Positions 61,760 through 64,000 of a stretch of 64,000 nucleotides of DNA are shown in pieces. The DNA is from Flavobacteriales bacterium. GTDB lineage: Bacteria > Bacteroidota > Bacteroidia > Flavobacteriales_F > PHOS-HE28. Position 1 is the stretch's first letter. Every line of letters begins with the position of its first letter. The translations under genes and the position numbers were made by a program. The notes beneath the pieces were generated by a model, which worked only from the letters and a program-made list of their open reading frames with translations, was not told the DNA's origin and did no database searches. The stretch spans positions 6,709 to 70,708 of the forward strand of contig JAHDVX010000011.1 in the NCBI GenBank assembly GCA_023382455.1. Reading direction: 5' to 3'.

Positions 61760-62761
61760 TCAGCGGCCCTGGATATAGTCGTTCAATTCATCTACCGATC
61801 CGGAAAAGCTGAAAGCGTCGTTCACCTTGTAGTAATTGCCCCTATCGGCCACATGGTCATACGCGAACTTGGCGAAGTCGAGCTTGCTGTCCTCGAAGCC
61901 GAACAGGCCCATAACGGCGACGACCTGCGCGGTGGAGAGGCAGTTGCTGCCGGCGATCTGCTTGGCCAAGGTGAGCTTGGTCTCATCGAAGCCCTTGCTG
62001 CCGATGCTGGCCTTGGCCTCGGCGAAGTCGGCGGCGCTCATGGGCGAGCCGCAACCGGTGGCGGCCACCACCGGCTCATCGGTCACCACGGGTGCGGGCG
62101 CCGCCGGCTCCGTGATCCGGGTGGTGGTCTGTTGCGTGGTGGTGGTGGTCGTGGTCGTGGTGGTGGAACCGGTCATGCCGTCATGGATGGTCATGTTCAT
62201 ACCAACGCCATTGACATCCACGTTGAAGCTCACGTTGCCTCCAGGGGTTCCGTCCGTGGTGGTCACGGTGGTGGTCTGCTGGATGGTCTGCCCCGTAACC
62301 GGGTCGGTGGCCACCACCTCGCTGGCCACAGCCGGGGTCACAGCCGGGGCCACAGCCTCCGTACTGGCCGGAGCATCATCCCGGAAGTTGGCCGGGGCGG
62401 GTTTCTCCGCCGGGTTGTCCGCAGTGGTTCCCAAGGGAGCTTGGCCTTGCATGCGGAGCACGCGTACACCCTTCTTGTTGGTGGTGATGCGCAGGGTGTA
62501 TTCCATGCCCGGCTCCATCCATCCGTTCTGTTTCAGGGAGGGAATGCCGGCATCCGCAAACTGCACCACCAGCAGCGGGGTGGCGTTCCGAACGCCCCTG
62601 GCCACCACACGTGCGGCGGGTTGCTCATTGACCACCGAGCCGTCGATGGCCAGGGTGAATTTCTCCCCCGCATCCGAAAAGAGGATGATGTCGCTCGTTT
62701 GTGCAAACAATGCCGGGAAGGACAGGCAAACACCGAGTGACAGGAGTATTGCTCGTTTCAT
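61760..62761 (-). CDS. DUF4476 domain protein with poly-Thr linker
   Basis: Signal peptide, then a Thr10 run. The C-terminal segment (MSAADFAEAKASI...FDETKLTLAKQI...FEDSKLDFAKFAY) is typical of DUF4476. Confidence 0.6.
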   Translation of the reverse strand: MKRAILLSLGVCLSFPALFAQTSDIILFSDAGEKFTLAIDGSVVNEQPAARVVARGVRNATPLLVVQFADAGIPSLKQNGWMEPGMEYTLRITTNKKGVRVLRMQGQAPLGTTADNPAEKPAPANFRDDAPASTEAVAPAVTPAVASEVVATDPVTGQTIQQTTTVTTTDGTPGGNVSFNVDVNGVGMNMTIHDGMTGSTTTTTTTTTTQQTTTRITEPAAPAPVVTDEPVVAATGCGSPMSAADFAEAKASIGSKGFDETKLTLAKQIAGSNCLSTAQVVAVMGLFGFEDSKLDFAKFAYDHVADRGNYYKVNDAFSFSGSVDELNDYIQGR

Positions 62762-62780
62762 GGGACCGTGTGTTGGTGTG

Positions 62781-62788
62781 CGAATGTA
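62781..62788 (-). promoter_or_regulatory. promoter box TACATTCG (DUF4476 / CsgG-like operon)
   Basis: Minus-strand TACATTCGCA, 19 nt upstream of ATG 62761. Confidence 0.45.
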
Positions 62789-62913
62789 GTTTCCAGCCCC
62801 AAGGCAAGCAGCGTGCCACGCCGAAAAAAAACCCGGTGAACACGGCGGCGTGCCCGCTCGGCTGTTCCCTCAACCGTTCATGGATCCCGCCGGGGGCTCC
62901 ACCCTTCCACTGG

Positions 62914-62921
62914 TACATTCG
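62914..62921 (+). promoter_or_regulatory. promoter box TACATTCG (ABC transporter operon)
   Basis: TACATTCGCG, 16 nt upstream of ATG 62938. It is divergent from the 62781 box. Confidence 0.45.
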
Positions 62922-62937
62922 CGGCAACTGGAAAGGC

Positions 62938-63645
62938 ATGCTTCAGCTCCGGAACATCCGCAAGTCCTACCGTATCGGCAGCAACGCCTTGCATGTGCTG
63001 AAGGGCATCGACCTGCACATCCGCAAGGGCGAAATGGTTAGCATCATGGGTTCCTCGGGCTCCGGCAAGAGCACCCTGCTGAACATCATCGGGCTGCTGG
63101 ACAACCCGGACAGCGGGGAATATCTGCTGGACGGCATGCCCATGCAGGGCTTGAGCGAGACGCGCGCGGCCGAGCTCCGCAGCAAGTACCTGGGCTTCGT
63201 ATTCCAGAGCTTCAACCTGATCGCCTTCAAGAACGCCATGGAGAACGTGGCGCTACCGCTGTACTACCAAGGAGTTTCGGGCCGCAAGCGGAACGAGCGT
63301 GCCCTGGAGATGCTGGCCAACGTGGGCCTGAAGGACTGGGCCAGGCACATGCCCAACGAGATGAGCGGCGGCCAGAAACAGCGGGTGGCCATTGCCCGCG
63401 CGCTGATCGCCGACCCGAAAGTGATCCTGGCGGACGAACCCACCGGCGCATTGGACAGCACCACCAGCAAGGAGGTGATGGAGCTGCTGACCCGGGTGAA
63501 CAAGGACCTGGGCATGACCCTGGTGATCGTGACACACGAGCCGGACGTGGCGGCCCTCACCCAACGCATCATCCGGCTGAAGGACGGGGAGATCGAGAGC
63601 CACGACGGAGAGCCGATAATCGAGCCATCCCATGTTCGACGGTGA
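62938..63645 (+). CDS. ABC transporter ATP-binding protein (MacB/LolD-type)
   Basis: Motifs GSSGSGKSTLLN, FVFQSFNL, MSGGQKQRVAIARAL, ILADEPTGALD. Confidence 0.9.
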   Translation: MLQLRNIRKSYRIGSNALHVLKGIDLHIRKGEMVSIMGSSGSGKSTLLNIIGLLDNPDSGEYLLDGMPMQGLSETRAAELRSKYLGFVFQSFNLIAFKNAMENVALPLYYQGVSGRKRNERALEMLANVGLKDWARHMPNEMSGGQKQRVAIARALIADPKVILADEPTGALDSTTSKEVMELLTRVNKDLGMTLVIVTHEPDVAALTQRIIRLKDGEIESHDGEPIIEPSHVRR

Positions 63646-64000
63646 AAAGTGGGCGGAGATCTTCGACACCATCGGCAAGAACAAATTGCGGACGGTGCTC
63701 ACGGGCTTCAGTGTGTTCTGGGGCATCTTCATGCTCATCATCCTGTTGGGTGCAGGTGCAGGCCTGCAGAACGGCTTCTCGTACAACTTCCGGAACCGGG
63801 CGGTCAACTCCATCGACATCTGGGGCGGCCAGACCAGCAAGCCCTGGCAAGGCTTGGCCACCGAGCGGCCCATACAGCTGGACACACGGGATGTGGAGGC
63901 GCTGCGCAGCGCCATTCCGGGCCTGCTGGCCGTCAGCGGCAACTACCGTGTTTGGCGGGGCAACAGCACGCTCAGCCGGGGCAAGAACTACGGCAACTTC
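63632..64000 (+). CDS. ABC transporter permease, MacB/FtsX-type (3' end outside window)
   Basis: The ATG at 63632 overlaps the ATPase end and the frame is open to the window edge. N-terminus NKLRTVLTGFSVFWGIFMLIILLG is typical of MacB_PCD/FtsX permeases. Confidence 0.75.
   Translation, partial: MFDGEKWAEIFDTIGKNKLRTVLTGFSVFWGIFMLIILLGAGAGLQNGFSYNFRNRAVNSIDIWGGQTSKPWQGLATERPIQLDTRDVEALRSAIPGLLAVSGNYRVWRGNSTLSRGKNYGNF

Noticed and set aside
1-64000. Search for CRISPR arrays, tRNA/rRNA/tmRNA genes, transposases, integrases and phage genes.
   Set aside because: I saw no regularly spaced short repeats, no cloverleaf-compatible segments in the intergenic regions, and no ORF with recombinase, transposase or phage motifs. 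Absence is by eye only. tRNAscan-SE, Infernal and ISfinder searches would be needed for certainty.

Overview
This looks like a chromosomal segment of a visibly GC-rich member of the Bacteroidota. The phylum call is inference: four proteins carry type-9-secretion C-terminal sorting domains, there is tatC-DUF5686-lptB synteny, TAnnTTTG-type promoter boxes recur, and a GGGP-synthase homologue is present. Coding density is high and I call about 60 CDS. No rRNA, tRNA, CRISPR array, transposase or integrase is visible.

Gene content, left to right:
- 1-11.4 kb: polysaccharide locus with six glycosyltransferases plus one truncated remnant, a formyltransferase, a CE4 deacetylase, and an MBOAT O-acyltransferase with a partner protein.
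- Housekeeping genes: glyA, fumarylacetoacetase, spoT/relA, pnuC, lptB, tatC, recQ.
- A GGGP-synthase homologue.
- A DUF1800/DUF1501 pair.
- A TonB-dependent receptor behind a clear TPP riboswitch.
- Several hypothetical secreted proteins, plus usp and hsp20.
- A fur-STAS-purA-rsmF-tonB-like operon.
- A nitroreductase, then OstA-like and OmpH genes.
- A LytTR two-component system, acpH and mltF.
- A four-gene lipoprotein / CsgG-like operon.
- A MacB/LolD-type ABC transporter.

The most unusual locus is 48117-49978. A ParE/RelE toxin-antitoxin cassette is bracketed by two diverged ~300-nt non-coding repeats (X) that carry compensatory base changes. That unit is in turn bracketed by a ~295-bp diverged direct duplication (A) of the junction between the convergent nitroreductase and OstA-like genes. 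The layout A-X-TA-X-A has no recombinase in the window.

Other points worth follow-up:
- A recurrent TAnnTT(C/T)G box, often exactly 4 nt from the ATG, which would imply leaderless mRNAs.
- A Tat-signal protein that also has a T9SS sorting domain.
- A 169-bp MITE-like inverted-repeat element abutting the GGGPS start.

All product calls come from motif recognition by eye. No searches or computations were run.
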